From Verrucomicrobiota bacterium (GTDB taxonomy: Bacteria; Verrucomicrobiota; Verrucomicrobiia; Limisphaerales; UBA9464): a stretch of DNA of 64,000 nt. Position numbers and translations under genes: made by a program. Numbering within the stretch: position 1 is the stretch's first letter; each line of letters starts with the position of its first letter. Below are positions 1 through 9,391 of the stretch, one piece after another. The notes under the pieces were generated by a model. That model searched no databases, was not told the DNA's origin, and saw only the letters and a list, made by a program, of their open reading frames with translations. The stretch spans positions 6,545 through 70,544 of the forward strand of contig VHCG01000009.1 of assembly GCA_016871805.1 (NCBI GenBank), read 5' to 3'.

Positions 1-791
1 CGTCCGTTCGTGGCATTGAGCCGGAACGAGGCCCCATCCTCGCGCAGCTGTCGTTCGAACCGCCCGCCGGCGCATTCGACAATCAGCCCTCCCGCAGCGA
101 TGTCCCAGAGTCGGACCCCCTGCTCGAAGTAGCCGTCGAACCTCCCGTCCGCGACGTAGACCAGCGCCAGCGCGGCCGATCCGGTCATACGGATCTTCCG
201 GACCCTCGACGACAGCGTCTGGATCGCCTCCACCATCGATTCGAGACTCCCCGCACGGCCCGAGAACCCAAGGGCCACGATTGCTTCCTTGAGGTTTCTC
301 CCGCTCACGGAGATGGGACGTCCGTTCAGCCGGGCCGGCTCGTTGCGGATCGCAGTCCAGAGCTCACCCACAAACGGGTCATAAACGACCCCAGCCACGG
401 TGGCATAGCCATCGCTGTACCCGGCTGACCGCGGCGTCTCGCGGACCTGCAGGGCGATGCTGACGGCGGCGTGGGGGATCCGATGGGCGAAGTTCACCGT
501 GCCATCGATCGGATCCACGACCCAGCGGGCCTCGGCCTCGAGGATCCGGGTGTCGCTCTCCTCCTCGCCCAGCACCGGGATGGAGGGGTGACGGTCCCGC
601 AGCAGGCGGTGGATCAACCGCTGACACCGAACATCGAGGTCCAGCTTGATGTCATGCTGGGTGGTGGCGTTGACTTTCTTGGTCCGGAGCCGATGGGAGA
701 CCATGAGGGCTCCGGCGGCCTTTGCGGCGGCGACCGCGCTCTGAAGGGTTTTCTGGAGAGGAATGGGCTGGGTCTTGGACGGTTTCGGCAT
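1..791 (-). CDS. Inositol monophosphatase family protein (SuhB/CysQ-like); C-terminus lies beyond the window start
   Basis: My own minus-strand translation from the ATG at 789-791 gives MPKPSKTQPIPLQKTLQSAVAAAKAAGALM... It contains the IMPase signature WVVDPIDGTVNF and, near position 90-110, LWDIAAG in the same frame. There is no stop inside the window, so it is absent from the ORF track. Confidence 0.85.
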   Translation of the reverse strand, partial: MPKPSKTQPIPLQKTLQSAVAAAKAAGALMVSHRLRTKKVNATTQHDIKLDLDVRCQRLIHRLLRDRHPSIPVLGEEESDTRILEAEARWVVDPIDGTVNFAHRIPHAAVSIALQVRETPRSAGYSDGYATVAGVVYDPFVGELWTAIRNEPARLNGRPISVSGRNLKEAIVALGFSGRAGSLESMVEAIQTLSSRVRKIRMTGSAALALVYVADGRFDGYFEQGVRLWDIAAGGLIVECAGGRFERQLREDGASFRLNATNG

Positions 792-950
792 GGTGTGGAA
801 TCACTCCGGATCTCCAGCGTACCTGTGACCTCCATCAGCGGCCAAGTGGAGGCTGGCTGGGTCTTCGGCCTGGTTTGGGAACCTGACTCGCCCGCAGGTT
901 TTGCTTTTCGACCACCCCGCGTTGCGGCAGAACCGGGGTTCAGTTTCGCC

Positions 951-2168
951 ATGGCACTCATCGTCCAGAAGTACGGCGGCACCTCGGTCGGCAATCCCGA
1001 GCGGATCAAGAACGTCGCCCGCCGCGTGGCCCAGTACCGCAATGCCGGGGACCAGGTCGTCGTGGTCGTGTCCGCCATGAGCGGGGTCACCGACGGCCTG
1101 ATCAAGCTGGCCAAGGAGATCACCGCGCTCCCTAGCGAGCGCGAGATGGACATGCTCCTCGCGACCGGGGAGCAGCAGACCATCGCCCTGACCGCTATCG
1201 CTCTGCAGACTCTGGGCATCGAGGCAGTCTCCCTCACCGGAGCCCAGGCGGGCATCGTGACCGACGGCGTCCACACCAAGGCCAAGATCCAGAACATCAC
1301 ACCGCGGGGCGTCCACAAGGTGCTCGACACCGGCAACGTGGTCATTGTGGCCGGATTCCAAGGGCAGACCCCTGAGGGCGACATCACCACGCTGGGACGC
1401 GGTGGCAGCGATCTCACCGCCATCGCCCTGGCTGCGGCACTCAATGCCGACCTCTGTCAGATCTACACCGATGTCGACGGCATCTACACCGCGGATCCCC
1501 GGATCGTTCCGTCCGCCAAGAAGCTGCCCGAGATCGCCTACGACGAACTCCTCGAGCTCGCGGGCGCGGGCGCGAAGGTCATGCAGCTCAGGTCGGTCGA
1601 GTTCGCCAAGAAGTTCAACGTCATTTTCGAAGTCCGCTCCAGTCTCAACGACAATCCCGGCACCATCGTGAAGGAAGAAACCAACAACATGGAGGACGTC
1701 GTCGTCCGTGGCGTCTCCCTCGACAAGAACCAGGCCAAGATCACCCTGTTCGGGGTGCCGGATAAACCCGGCCGGGCGGCTGGAATCTTCCGCGCCCTCG
1801 CCGACGCGGCGATCAACGTCGACATGATCGTCCAGAACACGAGCCACGACGGCACCTCCTGCGTGACCGATCTGAGCTTCACGGTCGACAAGCCGGACCT
1901 CCTCAAGGCGAGTAAGGTCATCGACCAGCTCAAGCCTTCCATCGGGTTCAAGGAATCCATCTCCAACGAAAGCATTGGCAAGCTGTCCGTTGTGGGCGTT
2001 GGCATGCGGAGCCACTCCGGCGTCGCTGCGAGGATGTTCGACGTCCTTGCCCATGAGCAGGTCAACATCGACATGATTTCCACCAGTGAGATCAAGGTGT
2101 CCGTGGTAATCGACCTCGCGAAGGGCGAACAGGCGCTCCGCGCCCTCCACCAGGCCTTCATCGGCTGA
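951..2168 (+). CDS. lysC: Aspartate kinase (monofunctional, with C-terminal ACT-type regulatory region)
   Basis: Lies inside track ORF 471..2168. Kinase homology starts at ATG 951 (MALIVQKYGGTSVGNPERIKNVA..., VVVVSAMSGVTD, GRGGSDLTA). The 160 upstream codons overlap the divergent IMPase gene and show no kinase similarity. Confidence 0.93.
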   Translation: MALIVQKYGGTSVGNPERIKNVARRVAQYRNAGDQVVVVVSAMSGVTDGLIKLAKEITALPSEREMDMLLATGEQQTIALTAIALQTLGIEAVSLTGAQAGIVTDGVHTKAKIQNITPRGVHKVLDTGNVVIVAGFQGQTPEGDITTLGRGGSDLTAIALAAALNADLCQIYTDVDGIYTADPRIVPSAKKLPEIAYDELLELAGAGAKVMQLRSVEFAKKFNVIFEVRSSLNDNPGTIVKEETNNMEDVVVRGVSLDKNQAKITLFGVPDKPGRAAGIFRALADAAINVDMIVQNTSHDGTSCVTDLSFTVDKPDLLKASKVIDQLKPSIGFKESISNESIGKLSVVGVGMRSHSGVAARMFDVLAHEQVNIDMISTSEIKVSVVIDLAKGEQALRALHQAFIG

Positions 2169-2209
2169 TTCCTTGGCGGTTTGACCACCCGGCCTACCGC
2201 ATCGGTTCC

Positions 2210-3181
2210 ATGGACCCCGTCGCCCGAGCCCGTGAAGTGTTCCGGACCGAGACCGAGGCCCTCGAGGCGGTCGCTGCGGCGCTCGATGCCACCTTCAACC
2301 AGGCGGTGCAGTCCCTGGTGGAGGCCTTGGCACGCCGCAACAAGGTGGTGGTCGCCGGGGTTGGCAAATCGGGGAATATCGGACGCAAGATCGCGGCGAC
2401 TCTCTCAAGCACCGGAGCCCCAGCCGTGGTGCTCGACCCCGTGGACGCCCTCCATGGCGATCTGGGTGTGGTCCACGAAGGTGATGTGGTCCTGGTGCTC
2501 AGCTACTCGGGTGAATCCGATGAGCTGGTCCACCTCCTGCCGGCACTGAAGCGGTTCGGTGTTTCGATCGTGGGTCTGACCGGTTCGCCCGAGTCGACCC
2601 TGGGGCGGCATTCGGACGTGGTCCTGAACTGCCGGGTGCCCCGGGAGGCGTGCTCCTTCAATCTGGCTCCGACCTCCAGCACGACCGCGATGCTGGTGAT
2701 GGGGGATGCTCTCGCCCTCACCGTCGCGGAGGCTCGGGGGTTGCGGCTCGAAGAGTTCGCGAAGCGCCACCCCGCTGGCGCCATCGGCCGCGCGTTGCTC
2801 GTCAAGGTGGGGGACATCATGCGTCAGGGAGATCGCAACCCGGTTGCCGCCGCCTCGCTGAGTGTCAGGGATGCCCTCCTGGTGATGACCCGCGCCAAGT
2901 CCGGATCCGTGGCGGTCGTGGACGATCAGGGTCTTCTCGTGGGCGTCTTCACCGACGGTGACCTCCGCCGGCGCATGGCGGAGGATCCTGCCGTGCTGGG
3001 ACGCCCTCTCGAGGATGTGATGACCCGGAATCCGATCCGCCTCCAGGCCGGTGCCCTCGCGGCCGAGGCGCTCCGGGTGTTCCATGAGCGATCCATCGAC
3101 GACCTGATCGTGGTGGATTCCAACGGACGCCCCGTCGGCTTGGTGGATCTTCAGGATCTCCCGCGGTTGAAACTGATGTAG
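2210..3181 (+). CDS. kdsD: Arabinose-5-phosphate isomerase (KdsD/KpsF family; SIS domain plus CBS pair)
   Basis: SIS motif VVVAGVGKSGNIGRKIAATLSSTGAPAVVLDPVDALHGDLG. The C-terminal tandem CBS-like segments include VVDDQGLLVGVFTDGDLRR and VVDSNGRPVGLVDLQD. Confidence 0.9.
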   Translation: MDPVARAREVFRTETEALEAVAAALDATFNQAVQSLVEALARRNKVVVAGVGKSGNIGRKIAATLSSTGAPAVVLDPVDALHGDLGVVHEGDVVLVLSYSGESDELVHLLPALKRFGVSIVGLTGSPESTLGRHSDVVLNCRVPREACSFNLAPTSSTTAMLVMGDALALTVAEARGLRLEEFAKRHPAGAIGRALLVKVGDIMRQGDRNPVAAASLSVRDALLVMTRAKSGSVAVVDDQGLLVGVFTDGDLRRRMAEDPAVLGRPLEDVMTRNPIRLQAGALAAEALRVFHERSIDDLIVVDSNGRPVGLVDLQDLPRLKLM

Positions 3182-3268
3182 GTCTCTGGCGTGGCCCGGG
3201 AGGCGTCCGCAGTCTTCGTCGAGTTCTGCACTTGGCCTAACGGGTTCCATTCCGCGACGCTGGTCTCC

Positions 3269-4024
3269 ATGCGTTTTCAAAACTGGCTCTGGATGGTGGC
3301 CGGATGTCTCCTGGTGCTGCGGTCCCAAGGAGCCGACCCGGCGGCCGGCCGTGCTGGCGCCCAGGTCGAGGCCGAGTACCGCGAGATCGTCACACGCACC
3401 AACCAGCTCTGCTACCTCCTGTATCTGCCTGCCGACTACAAGGCGGACGTAGGTCCGAAGTGGCCCCTGGTCCTGTTCCTCCATGGAGCCGGGGAGCGTG
3501 GATCCGACCTCCAGAAGGTCGCGGTCCACGGCCCGCCCAAGCTCGTGTCCAAGGGACGGCAGTTCCCCTTCATCCTCGTCTCTCCTCAATGTCCCGCCGG
3601 TCAGGTCTGGGACGAATCCGCCCTTGTCGGTCTCGTGGAGTCCATCCAGGCACGCCACCGGGTGGACCCAGCCCGGGTTTACGTCACAGGTCTTAGCATG
3701 GGCGGCTACGGGACGTGGTTGCTGGCCCAGAAGCATGCTGGAAGGTTCGCGGCGGTGGCCCCGGTGTGCGGGGGAGGGGACCGGATCCGGTCACTCCTCC
3801 CGTCGCAGGTCGACGCCCTGAAGACGCTGGGGGTCTGGGCCTTCCATGGGGCCAAGGACAACGTCGTGCCGCTCTCGGAGAGCGAGCGCATGGTCGAGGC
3901 GTTCAAACGCATCGGGGTCCAGGACATCCAGCTCACCGTCTACCCGGAGGCGAACCATGATTCGTGGACGGCCACCTACGACAACCCGGCTCTGTACGAG
4001 TGGCTCCTGAAGCACCACCGCTGA
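3269..4024 (+). CDS. Secreted alpha/beta-hydrolase (carboxylesterase/phospholipase-type serine esterase)
   Basis: ATG 3269 gives a signal-like N-terminus MRFQNWLWMVAGCLLVLRSQGA. It has LFLHGAGERGSDL, the nucleophile elbow GLSMGGYG and FHGAKDNVVP. The track start at 3191 is a GTG extension with no signal peptide. Confidence 0.75.
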   Translation: MRFQNWLWMVAGCLLVLRSQGADPAAGRAGAQVEAEYREIVTRTNQLCYLLYLPADYKADVGPKWPLVLFLHGAGERGSDLQKVAVHGPPKLVSKGRQFPFILVSPQCPAGQVWDESALVGLVESIQARHRVDPARVYVTGLSMGGYGTWLLAQKHAGRFAAVAPVCGGGDRIRSLLPSQVDALKTLGVWAFHGAKDNVVPLSESERMVEAFKRIGVQDIQLTVYPEANHDSWTATYDNPALYEWLLKHHR

Positions 4025-4843
4025 ATTCCACCCGGTGGGCCCGCCACCGATGGCTCCCGCGTTCGTCCTGACATGAGCAGTCCTTCCCCCGCCTTCATCG
4101 CCCCGGAAAGCCCGCAGTTCAGCGGGTTCATCTTCAAGATCCAGGCGAACATGGATCCCAAGCACCGGGACCGCATCGCGTTCGTCCGCATCGTCAGCGG
4201 ACGCTTCGAACGCGACATGGTCGTGACCCATGTGCAGTCCGGGAAGAAGGTCCGCCTCAGCTCATCGCACAAGCTGTTCGGCAACGAGCGTGAGACGGTC
4301 GATGAGGCCTATCCTGGCGACATCATCGGCTTGGTGGGTCATGATGGGTTCGGGATCGGTGACACGCTCACGGCGGATCCCTCGATCTGCTACGATGAGA
4401 TCCCGAGGTTTACTCCGGAGGTCTTCGAGTACTTCCACAATCCGAACACGGCGAAGTTCAAGCAGTTCCGTCAGGGTCTCGACCAGCTCCTCCGCGAGGG
4501 GGTGGCGCAGGCGTTCCAGCTCAAGGACACGGCCAGCCGGGTCCCGCTTCTTGGGGCGGTCGGACCGCTCCAGTTCGAAGTGCTGCAGTACCGGCTGGAG
4601 ACCGAATACGGGGCGGAGACCCGTCGTGAACCGGCTGCGTTCGTCGCGGTGCGTTGGCTGCCTGTGGGGACAAAGGCGGAGGATCTGGATGCCATCTCGT
4701 TGCCGACCGGATCCCGGTTCGCCTTCGACACGGAGCAGAACGCGGTCGCGCTCTTCCCCTCCGAGTGGGCCCTGAACTATTTCGCCCAGAACCACCCGTC
4801 GGTGCCCTTGACCCCTCTGGCCCCCAAGCGGGAGAGGTCCTGA
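4025..4843 (+). pseudogene. prfC: Peptide chain release factor 3 fragment: only domains II-III, with the GTPase domain missing
   Basis: Track ORF 4073..4843 reads FSGFIFKIQANMDPKHRDRIAFVRIVSGRFERDM...EAYPGDIIGL...LQFEVLQYRLETEYG, which is the C-terminal half of RF3. No G1-G5 GTPase motifs occur anywhere upstream. The frame opens at 4025, directly after the esterase stop codon and in the same frame. Confidence 0.8.
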
Positions 4844-4882
4844 AACGCTCTCCGAACGCAGCGACCCCTCCAGGACCCTTCG

Positions 4883-6766
4883 ATGTCTGGCGATGCCACC
4901 CTCATCTCGGCGACCGATCTCCGCGCCGCCTTCAACGAACGCGTCATCCTCGATGGCGCCTCACTCTCTATCCTGGATGGCGACCGTGTCGGCCTTGTGG
5001 GGCGCAATGGTTCCGGGAAATCCACCTTCATCCGAATCCTCGCCGAGCTCGCCACGCCGGATTCAGGAACGGTGTCGCGACGGAAGGACCTGGTCGTGGG
5101 CTACCTGTCCCAGGACTTCACCTTGGATTCCTCGAAGAACGTCTATGACAACGTCAAATCGGGAGCCCAGGAGGTCCTCGACCTGATCGACGAGTTCGAG
5201 GGGCTTCCTGCCGACTCGCATCGGCACTCGGAGATCGAGGAACGCATCCGTTTTCTGGACGGATGGGATCTCGAGCATCGGATCGCGACGGCCATGTCCC
5301 AGCTGCACTGCCCGGCCGGTGATCGTGCGATCGATGCGCTGTCGGGCGGCGAGAAGCGGCGGGTCGCCCTGTGTCGGGCCATCATCTCCCGACCGGACCT
5401 GCTGATCCTCGATGAACCGACCAACCACCTCGACAACGAGTCGATCGAGTGGCTGGCGGACTACCTCGAGCACTACCCGTCGGCCTTTCTGCTGGTCACG
5501 CACGACCGCTATTTTCTCGAGCGCTGCATCAACCGGATGGTGGAGCTGGCGGACGGGACCTTCTGGTCCCATTCGGGAACCTACGCCGATTATCTTGAGG
5601 CCAAGGCCTCACGTCAGGCCACGGCTGAATTGGTGGAGCACAAGCGTCAGGTGGCCCTCAAGCGGGAGTGGGAATGGTATCGGACCGGTCCCCGGGCGCA
5701 GCGCACCAAGTCGAAGATCCGCATGGCGGCCCACGAGCGGGCGGTGGAAGAAAAGGCGCCCGAATTTGAAAAGGACGTGGATCTGGTCATCCCGCCGCCA
5801 CCGCCACTGGGCAATCGGGTTGCGGAACTCGCCAACGTGGGCATGGAGTTCGGGGGGCGACAGCTGTTCTCGGGCGTGAGCCTCAAGTTTGCCGGCGGAC
5901 AGCGGATTGGCATCACCGGTCGGAATGGCCTCGGCAAGACCACCCTCCTGAAGATTTTGCTGGGTGAACTGAAACCCACCGAGGGCGAGGCGAGGGTGGG
6001 GCCGCTCACGCGATTCAACTATGTCGACCAGGCCCGGCTGGCGTTGGATCCGGAGGCGACGGTCCTCGACGCGGTTGGGGATGGCACCGAGTTCGTGGTG
6101 TTCGGTGAGGGACGTCTCTCGCTGCGGGCCTACCTGAAGCGGTTCCTGTTCAACGATGACCGCCTCGTCGCCCGCGTGAAGCATCTCAGTGGCGGAGAGC
6201 GAAGTCGTCTCCTGCTCGCCCGCATCCTGAAACGAGGAGGCAACTTCTTGATCCTTGACGAGCCGACGAACGACCTCGACCTCCCCACCCTGCGGGTCCT
6301 CGAGGAGGCCCTTCTGCAGTTCCCCGGCGTGGTCCTGATGGTCAGCCACGACCGCTACTTCCTGAACCGTGTGAGCACCGACATCCTTGCCTTCGAGGGC
6401 GGGGGGCGGGTGGCGTTCAGTTCCGGCAACTACGACTACTACCTCGAGAAGCGGCAGCGGCAGGAGGCCCCGGTTCGCACGGCGGCCCCGGTTCCTGAGG
6501 TGAAGGGGGCCAAGCCTGCGGTCCCGAAGTCCCGCAAATTAACCTTCAAGGAGCAGAAGGAGCTCGAGGGAATGGAGGCGGCGATCCTGGTTGCGGAGAC
6601 ACGGGTGACGGAGCTCGAGGGACGCTTTGCCGATCCCGAGTTCCACCGGAAGTACGGCACTCAGACCACGGATCTCACCCGTGAACTTGAGATGGCGCGT
6701 GCTGACACCGCCCGTCTGTTTGCCCGGTGGGAGGAGCTCGAGGTAGTCCGCCAGGCGTCCGCCTGA
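4883..6766 (+). CDS. uup: ABC-F family ATPase (Uup-type: two ABC domains plus a C-terminal coiled-coil tail)
   Basis: Two Walker A sites (GRNGSGKST, GRNGLGKTT) and two ABC signatures (LSGGEKRR, LSGGERSR). There is no transmembrane domain. The C-terminal tail is charged and helical (KELEGMEAAILVAETRVTELEGRF...). Confidence 0.85.
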   Translation: MSGDATLISATDLRAAFNERVILDGASLSILDGDRVGLVGRNGSGKSTFIRILAELATPDSGTVSRRKDLVVGYLSQDFTLDSSKNVYDNVKSGAQEVLDLIDEFEGLPADSHRHSEIEERIRFLDGWDLEHRIATAMSQLHCPAGDRAIDALSGGEKRRVALCRAIISRPDLLILDEPTNHLDNESIEWLADYLEHYPSAFLLVTHDRYFLERCINRMVELADGTFWSHSGTYADYLEAKASRQATAELVEHKRQVALKREWEWYRTGPRAQRTKSKIRMAAHERAVEEKAPEFEKDVDLVIPPPPPLGNRVAELANVGMEFGGRQLFSGVSLKFAGGQRIGITGRNGLGKTTLLKILLGELKPTEGEARVGPLTRFNYVDQARLALDPEATVLDAVGDGTEFVVFGEGRLSLRAYLKRFLFNDDRLVARVKHLSGGERSRLLLARILKRGGNFLILDEPTNDLDLPTLRVLEEALLQFPGVVLMVSHDRYFLNRVSTDILAFEGGGRVAFSSGNYDYYLEKRQRQEAPVRTAAPVPEVKGAKPAVPKSRKLTFKEQKELEGMEAAILVAETRVTELEGRFADPEFHRKYGTQTTDLTRELEMARADTARLFARWEELEVVRQASA

Positions 6767-6957
6767 ACCCACGCCGGGAACAGGAGGGAGACTCACGCGG
6801 GGACGCGGAGGAAAAACGGGGGGAGGGTCCATGATTTGGCCCTATGTCGTGGAAGCCTCACGATCTCTCCCCTGGACCCTCCCGGTTCGTGGAACGACCG
6901 ACCGCTTTCTGCCCTTCTCTAGGGATCCCGTTTGGAGCAGGGTCTCTGGTCAACATC

Positions 6958-7683
6958 ATGGGTGCTCAATGGAAACAGGCGGGCCGCGAGGCTGCCGCCC
7001 ACAAGAAGGGTCAGGTCGTCGGGAAGATGGTCCGCGAGATCATGATCGCGGCCAAACTGGGCGGGGCGGATCCGGACCTGAACGCGCGGCTCTTCGTGGC
7101 CGTGGAGAAGGCCAAGAAGGCCAGCGTGACCCGCGACACCATCGACCGCGCCATCAAGAAGGGCGCGGGCCTTCTCGACGAGAAGATCGAGTACGAGTCG
7201 GTGGTCTACGAGGGTTTCGCCCCCCACAAGGTCCCGGTGATCGTCGAGTGCCTGACCGACAACCGGAACCGCACCGCGCCCGACATCCGCCATCTCTTCG
7301 GCAAGGGCGGCCAGATGGGGCAGCCGGGTTCCATGGGGTTCTTCTTCGAGCACATGGGCGTGGTCGAGGCCACCCATCCGGACGCTGGTCGCGATCCGGA
7401 GGCCGATGCCATCGAGGCCGGGGCCCAGAATGTTGAGAAGATGGAGGGCGACGAGGCTCCGGAGTCGGGGCAGGGGGCCCGGCTCTTCACCGATCTCAAG
7501 GAACTCGCCCATGTGAGCAAATGGCTCAAGGAGGCGGGTTGGACGATCCTCGCCAGCGAGATGCGCTATCTCGCCAAGAATCCGGTCGAGCTCGGGGAAA
7601 AGGAGCGTGCCCAGGTGGTGGAGTTCCTCCAGAGCATCGACGACCACGACGACGTCCACCACGTCTTCGCCGGCTTGAAGTAG
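6958..7683 (+). CDS. YebC/PmpR family DNA-binding transcriptional regulator
   Basis: ATG 6958 gives MGAQWKQAGREAAAHKKGQVVGKMVREIMIAAKLGGADPDLNARL...YEGFAPHKVPVIVECLTDNRNRT, typical of YebC. The track start at 6844 adds 38 residues with no homology. Confidence 0.9.
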   Translation: MGAQWKQAGREAAAHKKGQVVGKMVREIMIAAKLGGADPDLNARLFVAVEKAKKASVTRDTIDRAIKKGAGLLDEKIEYESVVYEGFAPHKVPVIVECLTDNRNRTAPDIRHLFGKGGQMGQPGSMGFFFEHMGVVEATHPDAGRDPEADAIEAGAQNVEKMEGDEAPESGQGARLFTDLKELAHVSKWLKEAGWTILASEMRYLAKNPVELGEKERAQVVEFLQSIDDHDDVHHVFAGLK

Positions 7684-7755
7684 GCCCAAGGGGGGGATTC
7701 CTATCGAATCCCTCACTGGCTCCCTGACTCCCGAACGTTCGGCTCCAACAAAAAA

Positions 7756-7777
7756 GGGAGCCGGTGGTCCGGCTCCC
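7756..7777. terminator. Intrinsic terminator hairpin between convergent genes; strongest on the minus strand
   Basis: GGGAGCCGG-TGGT-CCGGCTCCC forms a 9-bp GC-rich stem. It is preceded by A6 on the plus strand, which is a T-run on the minus strand, downstream of the FKBP gene. Only TT follows it on the plus strand. Confidence 0.75.
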
Positions 7778-7806
7778 TTCGCTGAAGTCCCCTTGGACTT
7801 GTCGGT

Positions 7807-8511
7807 TTACTTGGCCTTTTCGATCCCGAGGAGTTCCACGTCGAAGACAAGGGCCGTGTTGGGGCCGATCTTCGGCGGGGCACCGTTCTCGCCGTAGGCG
7901 AGCTTGGCGGGAATGACGATCTGCCACTTGTCACCTTCCTTCATGAGCTGGAGCGCCTCGGTCCAGCCCGGAATCACCCCGTCGACGGGGAACGAGACCG
8001 GCTCGCCGCGGTCGACAGAGCTGTCGAAGACGGAACCGTCGGGCAGGGTTCCATGGTAGTGGACCTTGACGGTGTCACGCGGTCCCGGGGGCTTGCCGGA
8101 GGCGTTGCCGGACTTGATGACCTTGTACTGAAGCCCGGAGGCGGTGGACTTGACACCGTCCTTCTTCGCGTTGGCGGCGAGGAAGTCCTCGGAGGCCTTG
8201 ATGTTCTTGGCGCCCTCGGTCTGCATCTTGGCCTGCTGCTTGGCCATCATCTGGGTGCGGAACTCGTTCATCACGTCCCGGATCTCGGCCTCGGTCAGCC
8301 CCGGCTTGCCCGCGAGGGCGTCGGCCAGGCCGGCGGCGAGGGCCTTCGGATCCACATCCACACCCTGGTCCCGCATGCTGGTGCCCATCTGGGTGCCGAT
8401 GGCATAGCTGAGCTTGAGCTTCGGATCCTTGAGGTCCGGGGCATTCTGGGCCTGGAGGGTGACGGCGAGCGCGAGAGCTGCCGCGAGGTGACGAACGGAG
8501 ATGAGGTTCAT
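7807..8511 (-). CDS. FKBP-type peptidyl-prolyl cis-trans isomerase (FkpA/Mip-like, periplasmic)
   Basis: ATG at 8509-8511 gives the signal peptide MNLISVRHLAAALALAVTLQAQ. An N-terminal dimerisation helix region follows, then the FKBP core VKVHYHGTLPDGSVFDSS...GWTEAL...IPAKLAYG...LVFDVELL. Confidence 0.9.
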   Translation of the reverse strand: MNLISVRHLAAALALAVTLQAQNAPDLKDPKLKLSYAIGTQMGTSMRDQGVDVDPKALAAGLADALAGKPGLTEAEIRDVMNEFRTQMMAKQQAKMQTEGAKNIKASEDFLAANAKKDGVKSTASGLQYKVIKSGNASGKPPGPRDTVKVHYHGTLPDGSVFDSSVDRGEPVSFPVDGVIPGWTEALQLMKEGDKWQIVIPAKLAYGENGAPPKIGPNTALVFDVELLGIEKAK

Positions 8512-8669
8512 GAATGGGAAGCGCCGGTCATGTGGAGGCGTGGAACGGACCCTTGCAGGTTGCGATGCCGGGTCAATGGATGAGTTCGTGATGGGGCAGG
8601 CGTGTGGCTGGCTTGGTCCTTTCCCATCCGAGCTCTGCATCGTTCCCGGTTCAGGTCATACTGGTGGCG

Positions 8670-9377
8670 ATGTGTGGGCGATTTTCACTGACAGTCCGCG
8701 GCCGGGTCCGGGTTGCCGAGGTGGAGGAGCAGGTCGTTGAGATCGATGTTCCCGTGCCCCGCTACAATGTTGCACCGGGGCAATCGGCCAACGTAATCCG
8801 GCGGGGCTTCACGGGTGTGGACAGTGCCCTCCTTCAATGGGGTTTGATTCCGTCGTGGGCCAGGGACCCCAAGATTGCGTTCCAGTGCACCAACGCACGG
8901 GCCGAGACGGTGGCGACACGACCGGCCTTTCGGGACGCGTTCCGGCATCGACGCTGTGCCGTCCCGGTCGACGGATTCTTCGAGTGGGAGCGTTCCGGCA
9001 AGCAGCCATTGCCGTGGCGATTCGTACGGCCGGACCGTTCCGTGTTCCTCCTTGCAGGACTGTGGGAGACGTGGAGGCCGCCTGGGGAAGGGGTGGAGGT
9101 CGAAACCTTCACGTTGATCACCAAGACTGCCAACGCCGACATGGAACCGATCCATGATCGGATGCCGGTGATTCTGGATCCGGTATCGCTCCGGACGTGG
9201 TTGGATCCGAGGAGCAGCCCGGCTTCGCTGGGATCGGTGCTGAAGCCGTCACCGGCGACAACCCTGATCCGCCATCGGGTCTCCACCTGGGTCAACAACG
9301 CGCGGCACGAGGATCCGGCCTGCATCGAGCCGTTCGAGGAATCCACTCCCACGGAGGGATTCCTGCCGCTGGGCTGA
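8670..9377 (+). CDS. SOS response-associated peptidase (SRAP/YedK, abasic-site processing protein)
   Basis: ATG 8670 gives the invariant N-terminal MCGRFSL (catalytic Cys2). This is followed by YNVAPGQ, NARAETV, FRDAFRHRRC..PVDGFFEW and HDRMPVIL. Confidence 0.9.
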   Translation: MCGRFSLTVRGRVRVAEVEEQVVEIDVPVPRYNVAPGQSANVIRRGFTGVDSALLQWGLIPSWARDPKIAFQCTNARAETVATRPAFRDAFRHRRCAVPVDGFFEWERSGKQPLPWRFVRPDRSVFLLAGLWETWRPPGEGVEVETFTLITKTANADMEPIHDRMPVILDPVSLRTWLDPRSSPASLGSVLKPSPATTLIRHRVSTWVNNARHEDPACIEPFEESTPTEGFLPLG

Positions 9378-9391
9378 GGGGGTGGGCCCGT

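Noticed and set aside
471-950. N-terminal 160-codon extension of the lysC ORF (track ORF 471..2168), plus antisense ORFs 614..1444 and 801..2150
   Set aside because: Aspartokinase homology begins exactly at ATG 951 (MALIVQKYGGTS). The extension overlaps the well-supported divergent IMPase gene. The antisense ORFs have the Arg/Gly/Pro/Asp-rich composition of GC-rich shadow frames and lie opposite a gene with unambiguous motifs.
792-950. Possible lysine (L-box) riboswitch in the 159-nt lysC leader
   Set aside because: I could not find the conserved L-box core elements or a five-helix junction by eye, and the region also has to hold the divergent promoter. The question is unresolved without a covariance-model scan, so I make no call.
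2405-3736. 443-aa minus-strand ORF spanning kdsD and the esterase gene
   Set aside because: It is antisense to two genes with clear family motifs and has a low-complexity R/G/H/E-rich composition. This is a typical shadow ORF.
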